A DNA stretch of 64,000 nucleotides, taken from NCBI GenBank assembly GCA_038087875.1, contig CM075990.1, positions 15,006,001 to 15,070,000 of the forward strand, read 5' to 3'. The translations under genes and the position numbers were made by a program. The notes below the pieces were generated by a model, which saw nothing but the letters and a program-made list of their open reading frames with translations, had not been told where the DNA came from and made no database searches. Origin of the DNA: Malacoraja senta. Taxonomy: Eukaryota. Shown piece by piece: positions 13,429-26,717 of the stretch (positions within the stretch are counted from its first letter, which is position 1; each line of letters starts with the position of its first letter).

Positions 13429-14184
13429 TTGATTGATGTCTTGTGAACCTCGACACTGATATCAAGTTGACATCGACACTGATCCTGTTCATCTGATACC
13501 CATAAATAGTTAGATTATGATGTACGAAATGTTTGTTCCATGAGCATAACAATAAGTTTAACTGCATGATGTCTTAATTTCGAGTTGCAATTATTAAATC
13601 AGTTTACACACTAGGTATATGTAAGACTTATGACGTATATGCAGTGTAACGTAATCAATCCAAGTACAACCTCATCCCAACTACCCAATCCACCACCCTC
13701 AGTGAGTTTTACAAATTTCCTTTAGATTTCTTCAGCTCTCATGACAGTTGGTCCGTGTTTTAAATTATCTGTCGACCTCTGTTAAATAGATGTAAAAGCA
13801 GGCTCCGTTTTTAACAAGAGGGATGGAGCATTAAACATATTACTAGAGTCTGCAATTTGTCATTGGGTTGATACTAAATGCATGTGTATATCTATTATTA
13901 ATGACCAGCATGGCATCAATTTGTACTTATGTAGAGCTTTAAACATGGTAAAATAGGCTATCTTGTTTCAATGGAAAGATTATCAAATAAAATTTGACAC
14001 AAAGTCAAAACGAGTTATTGGGATGGACTTGCATTATATTTATAACAACACTGAAGAAGTCCATTTGTTCCTTCACGTCCGTGCTTGCTCCCAGCAAACC
14101 TATCACATCCGCCACATGATCCTCTACTTTCCCCTGCACCATTACAACTTATTCCTCCTCATACATGCCCATCAACTCTCCTTT

Positions 14185-14500
14185 GGTGTCAAGAGTGTTT
14201 TATTGTCATATGTCCCAGATAGAACAATGAAATTCTTACTTGCAACAGCACAACAGGATATGTAAACATAGTTCTATGTAAACAATATATTAAACGAGAA
14301 AGAAACATGTTCAGTGTGTAAAAAGACAAAACCAATGCCTCTAAGTCCATGTAATTGAGAGCTTATTGGAGGTTGTAGTGTTTAATAACCTGATGGTTGT
14401 GGGGAAGAAGCTGTACCTGAACCTGGACATTACTGTTTTCAGGCTCCTGTACCTTCTTTCTGATGGTAGAGTGAAATGAGTGTGCGACCAAGATGGTGTG
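14185..14500 (-). mobile_element. Rex1/Babar-type LINE 3' fragment
   Basis: GTTTTATTGTCAT...TTCAGGCTCCTGTACCTTCT, as in the 3.5 kb copy. Confidence 0.65.
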
Positions 14501-14695
14501 TGACCAGAGACCTGATGATGATTCCATGTTCATAACCCCTTGCTGTGGGTTAATAGCAAATTAATGTCAATAGTTCACCTTCCAATATTGGATTGGGAGG
14601 AAATCGGACCACCCAGGGGAGAATGTGAAAACTCCACGCAGGCAACTTCTGAGGTTGGGATCAAACCTGGCTCAGTGCAGTTTGAACTGTAAGGT

Positions 14696-14923
14696 GAAGA
14701 TAGACACAAAAAGCTGGAGTAACTCAGCGGGACAGGCAGCATCTTTGGAGAGAAGGAATGGGTGACGTTTTGGGTCGAGACCCTTCTTCAGATTTCTTCA
14801 GACTGAAGAAGGGTCTTGGCCTGAAACGTCACCCATTCCTTCTCTCCAGAGATGCTGCCCGTTTTTTGTGTCTATCTTCGGTTTAAACCAGCATCTGCAG
14901 TTCCTTCAAAGTTCATATACATC
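14696..14923. mobile_element. Palindromic Penelope-derived mini-element
   Basis: Inverted arms with opposed CTGAAGAAGGG...GAAACGTC motifs. Bounded by TTGAA(C/A)TGTAAGGT repeats. Confidence 0.8.
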
Positions 14924-14937
14924 TTGAAATGTAAGGT

Positions 14938-16200
14938 TTAAGAAGGAACTACAGATGCTGGAAGAATCGAAGTTAGGCAAAAATGCTGGAGAAACTCAGC
15001 GGGTGAGGCAGCATCTATGGAGCTAAGGAATAGGTGACATTTCGGGTCGAGACCCTTCTTCAGACTGATGTGGGGGGGGGGGGCGGGAAGAAGAAAGGAA
15101 GAGGCGGAGACAGTGGGCTGTGGGAGAGCTGGGAAGGGGAGGGGAAGGAAGGAGAAAGTAAGGACTACCTGAAATTGGAGGTCAATGTTCATACCGCTGG
15201 GGTGTAAACTACCTAAGCAAAATATGAGGTGCTGCTCCTCCAATTTGCAGTGGGACTCACTCTGGCCATGGATTCTTTAGGGAATGGGGGTTCCCCTCTT
15301 CGACTATAGATGAGGCTCTCACCAGGGTCTCTTCTATATCCCGTAGCTCAGCTCTCACTCCCCATCCCCCCCACTCGTGACATGGACAGAGTCTCCCTTG
15401 TCCTCACCTTCCACCCTACCGCCGTCACATACAACACATAATCCTCTGACATTTTCGCCACCTCCAACGGGATCCCACCACTGGCCACATCTTCCCATCT
15501 CCTCCCCTTTCGGCTTTCCGCAGAAACCGCTCCCTCTGTAACTCCATGGTCAATTCGTCCCTTTCCCACCCAAACCACCCCCTCCCCTGGTACTTTCCCT
15601 TGCAACCGCAGGAAATGCTACACTTGTCGCTTTACCTCCCCCCTTGACTCCATCCAAGGACCCAAGCAGTCTTTCCAGGTGCGGCAGAGGTTCACCTGCA
15701 CTTCCTCCAACCTCATCTATTGTATCCACTGCTCTATGTATCAGCTGCTCTACATCGGCGAGACCAAGCGCAGGCTTGGCGATCGCTTCGCCCAACACCT
15801 CCGTTCAGTTCTCATTAACCAACCTGATCTCCCGGTGGCTCAGCATGTCAACTCCCCCTCCCATTCTGAATCTGACCTTTCTGTCCTGGGCCTCCACCAT
15901 GGCCAGAGTGAGTCCCACCGCAAATTGGAGGAGCAGCACCTCATATTTCGCTTGGGCAGTTTACACCCCAGTGGTATGAACATGGACTTCTCCAATTTCA
16001 GGTAGTCCTTTCTTTCTCCTTCCTTCCCCTCCCCTTCCAAGCTCTCCCACAGCCCACTGTCTCCGCCTCTTCCTTTTTCTTCCCGCACCCCCCAGCCCCA
16101 CATCAGTCTGAAGAAGCGTCTCAACCCGAAACGTTGCCTATTCCTTAGCCCCACAGATGCTGCCTCACCCGCTGAGTTTCTCCAGCATTTTTGTCTAACT
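14938..16200 (+). mobile_element. Penelope-like element (Neptune type), 5' truncated, with an inverted 5' terminal repeat
   Basis: From 15273 it encodes, with frameshifts, FPCNRRKCYTC (Cys linker) and NLIYCIHC...LYIGETKRRLGDRFAQH (GIY-YIG), stop at 16005. The span 14938-15272 is the inverted copy of about 15895-16200. Confidence 0.92.
15679..16005 (+). pseudogene. GIY-YIG endonuclease domain of the Penelope element
   Basis: LIY...YIGET..R...RF..H and the C-terminal E...I..LGSL.PSGMN motifs. Confidence 0.9.
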
Positions 16201-16740
16201 TTGAACTGTAAGGTAGCAGCTTTGCCAGGTGCACCACTGTACTGTTTTACTGTTGAAGTGACTGTGGAGTTGGTCGGTTGTTGTGTGGTCAGATAGGATA
16301 GAAATATTCGAGTTGATCTTCCCTCAATAGCTACAAAAAAGGATGCTGTCGGTATTCAGTGGCTTCAATCTTCCCAATTATTTGGAAGTGTTGCTGATTG
16401 AAGACTCGGCAGAGTTGAAGCTGAAATGACGAAGGATGTTGATGAAACTTGCATGTTTTTTTGTCAAAATTGTGTCTCCTATTGTGCGAAAGGTACAAAC
16501 AACTGTCACACCTACACAGTCCCCTCAAAGTGAGATGATGCTGGCCTTCAAAGAACAGCAGGAGATGAGGAAGAGCTTTTTATGTGATATGTCACAAAAA
16601 AATATTGAAACTTGTATTCTTGATTGCACCTTTCCTGTACTACCTAATCAACAACCAATGAGGTATGTGTTTACACCTATAACTTTCCTCAACAATAAGT
16701 GACAAACCCATTCAAATCAGTTATTTACATACATTAAGAG

Positions 16741-17290
16741 TCATAGAGTGATACAGCATGGAAACAGGCCTTTCGGCCCAAATTGCCCACACCGGCCAAC
16801 ATGTCCCAGCTACACTAGACCCATCTGCCTGCGTTTGGGCCATATTCTTCTAAACCTGTCCTCTTCATGTTCCTGTCTAACTGTTTTTTATACGTTGGGA
16901 TAGTCCCTGCCTCAACTACCTCCTCTGACAGCTCGTTCCATACACCCACTACCCTTTTTGTGAAAAAGTTACCCCTCAGATTCCTAAAAAATCTTTTCCC
17001 CTTTACCTTAAACCTGTGCCTCTGGTCCTCGATTCACTGACTCTGGGCAAGAGACTCTGTACATCTACCCAATCTATCCCAATCTATGATTTTATACATG
17101 TCTATAAGTTCACCCCTCATCCTCCTATGCTCCAAGCAAAAGAGTCCCAGCCTACTCAACCTCGTCCTATAGCTCACACCCTTAAGCCCTGCAATATCCT
17201 CGTAAATATTCTCCGTACCCTTTTCAGCTTGACAACATCTTTCCTGTAACATGGTGCCCAGAACTGAACACAATACACTAAATGCGACCT
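16741..17290 (-). mobile_element. CR1-clade LINE 3' fragment whose tail matches the V-SINE tail
   Basis: Decayed CVQFWAP, RLGLF and RMRGELIDMYK motifs. The 3' end ACAGCATGGAAACAGGCC is shared with the SINEs (HE1/HER1-type pairing). Confidence 0.85.
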
Positions 17291-18401
17291 CATCTGTTAT
17301 GTTATCACCAACTGATATTCAAGATTACTAACTGAAATTAAATTCCAAAGCAGGATTTGAACTCTGGTTTCCACATTGGCAATTAAGTCTCTGGCACCAT
17401 TTGGTATTTAGTCAAGAGTGTTGAATTGTCATATACACACTTTGAACAAAACAATTAAATTCTTTCTTGCTGCAGCTTCACAGGCACGTCAACTCAACAA
17501 CACAATAACTAAATGTACAACCATTAATAATACAACAAATTAGCAGTAATACTAGGGAACCAGAAGTTAATAGTGCAAACTGAAGTATGTCGTGCAACTT
17601 AAGCAGGGTCGATAGTAGATCATTGCTGAGGTAGGGTTGTGGTTCGGGTTCACAGAGTGGTTCAAGAGCTTGATGGTTGATGCAAAGAAGCGTGGAAAAA
17701 TGGAAAGCGCATGGTCACGGTTCTCAGGCTCCTTCTTCCCGATGTTAGTAGCGAGAAGCTGATAAACACTGTTCCTTAAAGTACAATGACATTTGCTCTC
17801 AACTGCACCGATTAACACCAAATTAAAAAAAAGAGATTAAAGTTAGTAATTTTAACTTTACCAGCAAGATACTGACCACAAAAACCACAGAGATTTTTTT
17901 TTTCAAATCAAACCACAGAGAAAACCTTAAACAAGCAACTATAGTGGGTGGTAAATCTCCAGAATTCTTTATCCAGGGTGATGTGGAGATTATATATAAA
18001 TAAAAGCATTTCTGTTGGGGGTAGATACATATTTGAGAGATTGGGACATTGAGGGATTTGGGGAACTGCATAGAGTGGATTGGATTCCAAGGGAGATCAG
18101 CTTTTCAATGATATAGAATGGGGCCAGATGGCTTAGTATTCCTATTCCTTATGTTCTCATTTCATCTATTTGCTTCAGCACCCAATACAAAATCACTTTA
18201 TAAATTACTGCTAATCCATTCGAACAATACAAATTGTCTAAACTAATTATGAGAGCTGTTGGATTGATGAGTTTGGTTGTCATTTAAGGCTGCTCACAGT
18301 TCATTCTTGTGACCCATGTGGCTGCATTAGTTTCATTCTGAGACGAGGCGTCACAATTTGATTATTACTGATGAACTGCAAGTAAGAAGATCAGTTTTTT
18401 C

Positions 18402-18850
18402 CTTAGATGTACAGTGTGGAACAGGCCCTTCAGGCGACCAACTCCATGCCGACCAAAGATCATCCATACACTGGTTCTATCTTACACACTGGGGACAATT
18501 TACACCTTCTTCCGTGTGCATCTTCCATTTTCCAAATGTTGACATCGCTGTCATCGCCCGTCCCGAAAAGGACGCAAGCTTCCGGCGACAATCAGTGGGA
18601 GCCATCACTTGTTGCAATAGATGACGGAGGTAGCAGAATTAGCTCAGGATACTTCCAGTTTCCAGCCTCGTGACGTGGACGCTTCTTACAGAAGCCAATT
18701 GACCTACAAACCTTCACGTCTTTGTAATTTGGGTGGAAACCGAAGCACCCGGAGAAAACCCACACAGTCTCAGGGAGAATGTACAAACTCCATCCAGACA
18801 GCACCCTTGGTCAGGGTCGAGCCAGCTTCTCTGACGCTGTCAGGCAGCTG
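18402..18850 (-). mobile_element. HE1-like V-SINE interrupted by a family C insertion
   Basis: GGGGACAATTTACA|GAAGCCAATT is split by the insert at 18506-18686. Confidence 0.8.
18506..18686 (-). mobile_element. Short retroposon family C, 5' truncated inside the ribozyme P2 strand
   Basis: Homologous to 29017-29198. TTACA is duplicated at the ends. Confidence 0.85.
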
Positions 18851-21800
18851 TACTTCCTTGAGATCGCAAAAAGGTTGGGGCATTGTTTTTCAGGCAGCCA
18901 GATGAGCCATATTAAATCATTTGGAATTATTGACCCTCACCACTGGCATTGAGAGGGACCCAACAGCTTTTTGTTTTGGAAGTTAATATTAATGTGGGCC
19001 ATCGAGTGTGTCAACATTTTAATTTGACGTGACTGACACAAAAATTAATTGGCAATATTTGTTCAATAATTTAGTTCGGTAAATATATTAATCAGAACTG
19101 GAATAAATGCCAAGCTTTGTGACTGATGTGGAAGATATGCTTACAAATTTCCTAGAACTATGTTCCTTCACAGTATGTATTGAATTTATAGACACAATTT
19201 CAATAATTGCAAACTTAGTGGGTTCTGAGTGCTTGTCTTTCCCTATTAATTAGCAGATTGCAAAATGGAAAATTAACTATTAGATGCTAAAATGACAAAT
19301 TATTTTTTATTTGTAAGTATAAATTAAAGATTTGGTTTGGGTAACATTTGTCATATTTAATTGCGGGTTCAATTAAAATTCTAGATAATGATGATTTATA
19401 ATCATTTCTATGCAATTTGATATTCATTAACTTACGTAGACACATGCAGATATTAGCTCATTATTTATCCCTTCCATTTGTGAAAATCAGTCCTGTTACA
19501 ATCAGCCCTTGCAAAGTTTCACAAAACTTATCCGTGCAGAGAACAACAAAACAGCTTTGCAGATTATAGCTATGTGTTAGCACTTGGTTTGTTGTCCACT
19601 GATAGAATTTTACTTAGGGCTCCATGTAAAAAATTAGTAAAAGATAGTGCTTTTTTTCTTACATCTCCTTTTTAAAATTATGTTAAAATCTCATCCACCA
19701 TTAATCTGGAATGACAATCATTAATTATTTTCTATTCAGCCGCTGTGCATTTTTCAGAGTTTTTTTTTTAACTTACTCAGCTCCACATTTTTCCTTGTTC
19801 AGCTGCAGGAAGAGTGACTGAGAGTGAACATCCCTCCACAATGTGAAACTACTTTGTTAATTTGGCATGATTTTTGTAGCCGAGAAAAATGTACCAAGCA
19901 ATGTTTGTACTTTCGGCAGCACAGGTCGAACGGTCGATAACCCAAGAGGAATAAAACTTGGTGATCTAAATTTCTTGTTCAATGCTGAGAGCTTCAGCCC
20001 AACTTCGAGTGTTAAATGGGTAGATTAATTACTTTTCTGCTCAGCTATTAAGGTACTCCATTACAATTCTGTACATTAAATCTACCTTTTTTTAAACCAG
20101 TACTAGCATTCTATGACCTGCAATCTTCAAAAAATGTCTTGCCATCAGTGCCATCAAGAGAGTACAATTATGTTAATTATGTTATATGCTTGACTGAAAA
20201 CCTATGTGACATTATAATTTTCCTTTCATCCTCAAATTACAAGACATTTCAGAGGTTTCCGTGACCAGAACTGATTTCTAAATTCATTTTCATCCATTTC
20301 AGCTAATTGTCTTTGCTTTAACCTTTTGCACTAGAGCACATAGCTGCGTTATGCACACTTTGGACATTACTGTCACAGGCTAGCAATAATTATCAGCCAT
20401 ATTTAAGTAAAATAATAAAATCTTCATTAATTTCACATGGTCTCGAGGCCAATTTCAAGGTGTGAATGCATCACAGTTGTGCACAAATTGTTCGATTGCT
20501 GCCTTACAGAGCAAGCATCTGTCATTTGTTTCAATGAGTGGGGTCTTGGAATGAGCTGGTTGTGGTGGGGTGGGATTGAGGGTTAAAAGAGAGGGATGCC
20601 TGAAAACTGCAAAAAAAAATAAAAATGCATGCCCTTAAGTTAACATGTCATAACAAGGAACTGGAGATGCTAGTTTACTAAAGATAGAAGTCTGAAGAAG
20701 GGTCCTGATCTGAATCGTCACCTATCCATGTTCTCCAGTGATGCTGCCTGACCCGTTGTTTTATTCCAGCATTTTGTGTCTTTCTGAGGTTCTTAATTTT
20801 ACAGTTTTATAAAACTGCACGACCATTTAGCAGAAGGATTCAGATATTTTGTGTTAGATAGTTTTTATGCATTTTACATAGAATCATTGCCACAGCACAT
20901 GCAATACATTTGACCCGTCCGGTCCATGGGCCACCAGCAGAACAATTCCACCATTCCCATTCTCCATGGCTCCACAGGTTAATCTGTATCCAATTACCTT
21001 TAGAAGGAGCGATGGATTCTGCTTCCACGGTTGAATTCCAAATCATAACTGTTCTGTGAGTGAGTAATTATTGCTCACACATCCCTCTTTACCTTTTGCC
21101 TCAGTGTATAAGGAACAACTGAACTCTAACCTACCTGCAGAGTCGGGCTGATTAAAATCTCTTTTTTACGTCATGGGATGAGTGGGAATGAAACAAAAAT
21201 TCTTGTAATGATCAAATATTTGGCCATTCTTTGTAATTGTAAATTAGTCAACATGCAGAGAGACACAAAACGCTGGAGTAAAATAGCGGGACAGGCAGCC
21301 TCTCTGGAGTTGTGTCTGTTTTGTAAACTAGAATCTGTAGTTGTCGTTCCTGGATGGACAAAGTATATAAACATACACCCTTTTGTAAACTCCATTTTTC
21401 GGGTTGAGACCCTTCTTCAGACCGCAGATCCAGGTTGAGCAGTTTGTCTTTTATGGTCTGCAGACAAATGTGTGCATATATTATAATTTAAACAATAATA
21501 AAGTTAAAAAAATGAAAGATTAGAGTTTAATCTTCATGCGATTTGCAGGACAAAAAGGAAGTATTTGGGAGTTTATTCAACTGTTGGAGTTTACAAAAGG
21601 GTGTATGTTTATATACTTTGTCCATCCAGGAACGACAACTACAGATTCTGGTTTACAAAACAGACACAAAGTGCTGGAGTAACTCAACGGGTCAGGCAGC
21701 ATCTCTGGAGAATATGGATATGTGACGTTATGAGTTGGAACCTTTCTTCAAGCTGTACTCTGTGCCTTACGTTCTCCATCAATTTGTTTTTTGTGAAGTG

Positions 21801-24800
21801 TAATGTTACTGTGGTAAGCACTGCAATGAGCAGCTAGTATTTTGATTTTGGTCTGTAGGTTAATTAGCCTCTGTAAACTGCAATCAATGGTCGGCATGGA
21901 CTCGGTGGGCCAAAGGGCCTGTTTCCATGCTGCATATCTAAACTAAATTAAACTAATATCTTCGAATGAAACACTTATTTTCTCCCTAAAGTCAATATAA
22001 ACGGAAGCTGAGTATATGTTTCAGTATATATCAATGTTGTCCCTATAGCCCCCCACCCCCCCCCCCCTCCCCCTCGCACCCCCATCTACTTCCCCCTCCT
22101 GACTGAGATTTAAACACTGTGGTTTAGAAGAAAGCCTTGGGACTGATCTAGGCCAAGTGGAAATTCAGCAATGTCATTTAATAGAAAAATCCCTATTCAA
22201 ACTGGATAGTTCCTTATTCATTTCCTCAGATTATCATCAAATTTATGTCACCAGCAAAGTAGCTTTATTGAGCTTCACAGATATATTCCTTTGCTTTTGT
22301 TGTCATTAGTTGGCATGCTGACATTTTCATATATGTCTCTGCTAATGTCTGCAAATTACTCCATCCAGAAATGTAACAATTGAGCAGATAATTTTAATAA
22401 GATTTAGCTTGACTTCAGACTGCGCTCTTGCCTTTCTTTATAGAACGCAAATTGTAACCTGTTTTTAGAGCAGTGCGATACAGTGAACTTTAATGGGATT
22501 TGACAACATCATATTACTGTAAGCACAACAACTACGCATAATGTACCGAAAAATTGGACGTGAAATTGGAAACATAGCTGAGAACAAAGTAAATTTACAT
22601 GGTTTGGTAGTTTGAATGTCTGATATCATATTCTCTCATGCAAGCCTCATGAAAAGCAAGGGTTTAACAATGGATATCAGCAGAAAGTGCTTTTAAAGTT
22701 AAGGCTGATGGATGGCTTGTCAAAAAAAATAATTGTGCTTGTGGGAAAGTGTGGATCCGCGCTGAGGGGGAGAGAGGAGAATGTACAGAGAGGGTGATGG
22801 GAAGTGACAGTGGTCTGTCAGAAAGCAGTGGCTGCCCAGAGAAGTGTGAAGCTGGAGCTGGAAGGTGGCAGTGTAGAACAGGCTGTCAGAGCAGGAAAGT
22901 GGCTTTAATATGGTGAAAAGCAAAGGAATCCGCTTGTCAACCTTGCTCAGTGGTGCTGAAAGAAGAAGGGAACACAGTGGTAAGGTAGAGATTGCAAGTG
23001 AAAAGTGCACAGGGAAGCATAGAGCAGGGAGGTACTAATACAAAAAATTGTTACCGACAGAAAAATGGCAATTAAACCTGGGCTGTCCTTTTGCATCTCG
23101 TTTGAGCATGTTTATTTGAGCTGTCACTGATGATTCCAATATTAGGCATTTTGCATTCCTTCTTCATTATCTTATCTGCTTCAAGGATAACTGGGTATGC
23201 TTTCCTGAATTAAGATTTTACCTTTTTTTTGAAAACTCATTGCATTTTCTTCTTAATGCAATCAACATGCAGTAAATTTGATTTATAATCAGACTCTGCT
23301 TGTGTTGGTCACCAGGTTAATCTGCTTCTATTCTGGTAGGAATACTTTCATCCAATTCTCTCTCCCAAGCTATAAAACGGAAGCATAAAATGCCAGAAAT
23401 ATACTGTGAATCAGTCAGCATCTATAGAAAAAAGAAGCAAGGGTTAATATTTCAGGTTGAGGTTCCTGTCCCAGAAATAGGGGGATAAAAAAAGTTAGTT
23501 TTATTATAACTGAGCAGGTGAGGTATGGGATGGAAAGGGCAAAGGGAATGACTATGATGGGTTGAGATCAGGGTTGCTGAGGGATTGATTAGAAGGTGAC
23601 AAGGAAGTGTGGTGTGTGCAAATAACAGGACAGTGTGCTCATTCAAAGTGCAGAGGGGAGGGTACTTTGTATGGGGACAAAATAATAGCACATGTCATGG
23701 ACAAATGACACGTTATAAAAAATAGGCATTTCTGATGTAGACAGCTACAGCGAGTTATCGGAAGTTGGTGACTTTGATATTAAATTTGGAAGTTAACCCA
23801 GTTGCAATAAAATATGTATAGGAGGGGTCTCGACCCAAAATGTTACCCATTCCTTCAATCCAGAAATGCTGCCTGTCCCGCTGAGTTACTCCAGCATTTT
23901 GTGTCCATCTGCAATGAAAGATCATTGATCTGAATGTCAACTTTTTATCTCCATATGTGCTGCCTGACCTGCTCTTTTCTGCATTTTTTTGATTTTTGTT
24001 TTAATTGCAAATTTCTAGTAGTAGTAAATAGGTAGAGAGTGACAATAAGGTATGTGCTGCTTAAATATGCAATATTAACATGATGAAGTGGTCATTATGC
24101 AGAAATTAGAATGTATTTTTTTGAGCTTGAGCAAAAAAATTGGGGAAATTAGTCTGGAGACATGGCAAAATGAACGAGACAATATATTTATTTTAAATTA
24201 TTTCTTCACTAATGAGATAAAAACTTTGTTTTACGTTTACCTCCCTGTTGTATCGTTTTTGCAAAATAATAAAATTTCCTCTGCATTAATAATGTAGAAT
24301 GCATAAAATATCATTGGCTCCACTTTGGACTCACTTCAAGAAATGTAATGTATAATGTACTTGAGTTAGTGGAAAGAAAAAATAAATGATAATTCTGCTT
24401 TACATTTGAGAAAGTCTCAGAAATAATTTAGCAAAATGCACTCATTTGTGTAAAAGTACTAAATGTACTTTGATCAGATGCAAAAATTAAGAAAGCTATT
24501 GTTTCAATTGTTGGCTGTGGAAGGCTAGTTTCACTGTTTGTATCCCTTCATTATCCCCTCTTCCACAGCCAACAATGGACTATTGTGGCCTCTACCTTTC
24601 CTAGGTTAGCTGACTCTGAATTATTCTGTATCTTTTCACACCACTAGTTCACTCTCCCCTGACTTTCGGTCTGATGCAGGATCTTGACCTGAAACGTTGC
24701 CTATTCCTTTTCTCCAGACAAGTTGCCTGACCCGCTGAGTTACTCCAGCATGTTGTGTCTATTTTCCATTGTCCAATCCTTTGTTGAATTCATCTCAAAA

Positions 24801-25089
24801 TCCCACTACAAAACTATTTCCACTCTTACAGTCAGTTTTCTTGTCAAAACGGTCACCCGTGATGTTCCTCTGGGCTCTATTCTATTCTCCTGCAATTCAT
24901 CATCGGTTTACAACTAAACATACTCATCCATACTGATAGCAATTGGTTTCACCTCTCCATCTTAACTGCTGATTTTATGGTTGTCTTTTGAACATAATTT
25001 CCTCCAACTTTGTCAGGAAGATTAAGACTAATCATTCAACCATCCCCTTCCTTTACTCACCAACCAAATCTCTCCGAAGTTAGCTTGTA

Positions 25090-25380
25090 CTGTGATCCCC
25101 CGGTTCTTGGCATAATTATGATTCCACCCCTCTGATCCCCCTCCCTGCCCTCAATGAGCTTTGTTCCTTGCTCCAGAACCGCTGCTGCTGAAAAACATTT
25201 CCGCACCTCTCTCCTTGCTCACGGCATCTATTTCAAATACTGTCCCTTCAATGTCAACTTTCATTCCATAGAATACAAACTCCTGCCGTAGTGAAACCAC
25301 TCTACCTCCATCGCCGCTTTCCTCTCCTGAATCTTAGAGATGTTGCCTCTCAAGCTTTGGCTGTTGATGGCACAATAAAC
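25090..25380 (+). mobile_element. Ancient L2-like fragment
   Basis: Decayed similarity to RNLGVILDSTL and PAAERLIHAF of the 62.7 kb L2. Confidence 0.4.
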
Positions 25381-25821
25381 TTAAGTCGCATCTTCCACTA
25401 TTGGCCTTGATGTAATGGCCATTGTTAATATCCCAGAGCCTCTGGTCAGCCTACATCCCTCTGAAGGTCTTGCTGCCATTGATCCCAGGTTACCTTTCTC
25501 TAAATCTGTCTTTAGTTTGTTCAGATTATTTTTTCATGGGCAGTTCTTACTCTTCAAATCAAACATATTTTCAGACAGTATGACACGTTTTCCCTATCGC
25601 TTCAGACAGACTATGGGAAGGAAAGCCTAGTGGTACCCTTATAGTTAGAGGTGTGGAAATGCATAAATAGGGATGAAGCAAATGGCAGAGGTTTAAGCTA
25701 TTTCTTATACTGGGTATATTCTGGGATTGTTCATATGGTTTAAAAGGAAGCCAACATAAGCACATGAGGGAGAGAGAGAGAGAAAACATGGAACTGTCTA
25801 CCTGATAGCTGAATACCTGAT

Positions 25822-25954
25822 AGTCTGAAGAAGGGTTTCGGCCCGAAACGTTGCCTTTTTCCTTCGCTCCATAGATGCTGCTGCACCCGCTGAGTTTCTC
25901 CAGCACTTTTGCCTACCTTCGATTTTCCAGCATCTGCAGTTCCTTCTTAAACAC
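25822..25954 (+). mobile_element. Penelope-derived mini-element with a hammerhead core
   Basis: CTGAAGA-A-GGGT-TTCG-GCCC-GAAAC-GTT at 25825-25852, followed by the PLE terminal sequence. Confidence 0.8.
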
Positions 25955-26336
25955 AGCTGAATATCAATGGCATCTAGAACGTTGAATAATGGGCCATATG
26001 AACTAGAATAACAGGATTGTCCAGAGTAGGCATAAACCAGTGAAAGGAAAATCACGACACAAAGTACTGGAGAACATGGAGAGGTGACGTTTCGGGTCAG
26101 GATCCTTATTCAGACTGATTGTGGTGCTGTATCTCTAAAACTAATAAATCTAAAACCATAAAAGCATTCTTGCACGTTTGACAGGGTTATAGCCTCCGAA
26201 TGAGAGAGAGCTGTTTAGAACCAAACTAAGAAGAAACTAAGAAGACAACCTAGGAGGTCTGTGGAGCTTCAGTCATGTTCACTCCAATTGGAGATCAAAA
26301 GGATTTTGGTATTGAGAAATCAGGATGTTGGTATTA

Positions 26337-26517
26337 AGGGCCTGTCCCACTTGGGCGATCTAATCTGCGAGTTTAGAAGAGTGTCTTCGACCTTCAAACT
26401 CGCAGCATGGTCGACACGTGGTCCTAGGAGGTCCTATGGGGTCGCTATTAACTCTCCTTCATGCTCGAAGGAAGTTCCCGAATACTCGCGGCCTCAGCTA
26501 GGTTGCGGAAAATTTTT
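26337..26517. mobile_element. Harbinger-like MITE, left arm, runs into a gap
   Basis: TTA followed by the AGGGCCTGTCCCACT terminus. Confidence 0.7.
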
Positions 26518-26717
26518 NNNNNNNNNNNNNNNNNNNNNNNNNNNNNNNNNNNNNNNNNNNNNNNNNNNNNNNNNNNNNNNNNNNNNNNNNNNNNNNNNNN
26601 NNNNNNNNNNNNNNNNNNNNNNNNNNNNNNNNNNNNNNNNNNNNNNNNNNNNNNNNNNNNNNNNNNNNNNNNNNNNNNNNNNNNNNNNNNNNNNNNNNNN
26701 NNNNNNNNNNNNNNNNN
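26518..26717. other. Assembly gap, 200 N
   Basis: Run of N. Confidence 1.

Noticed and set aside
16331..16702. Possible coding exon ending GAG|GTATGT
   Set aside because: Stops lie near the candidate acceptor and the protein is not recognisable.
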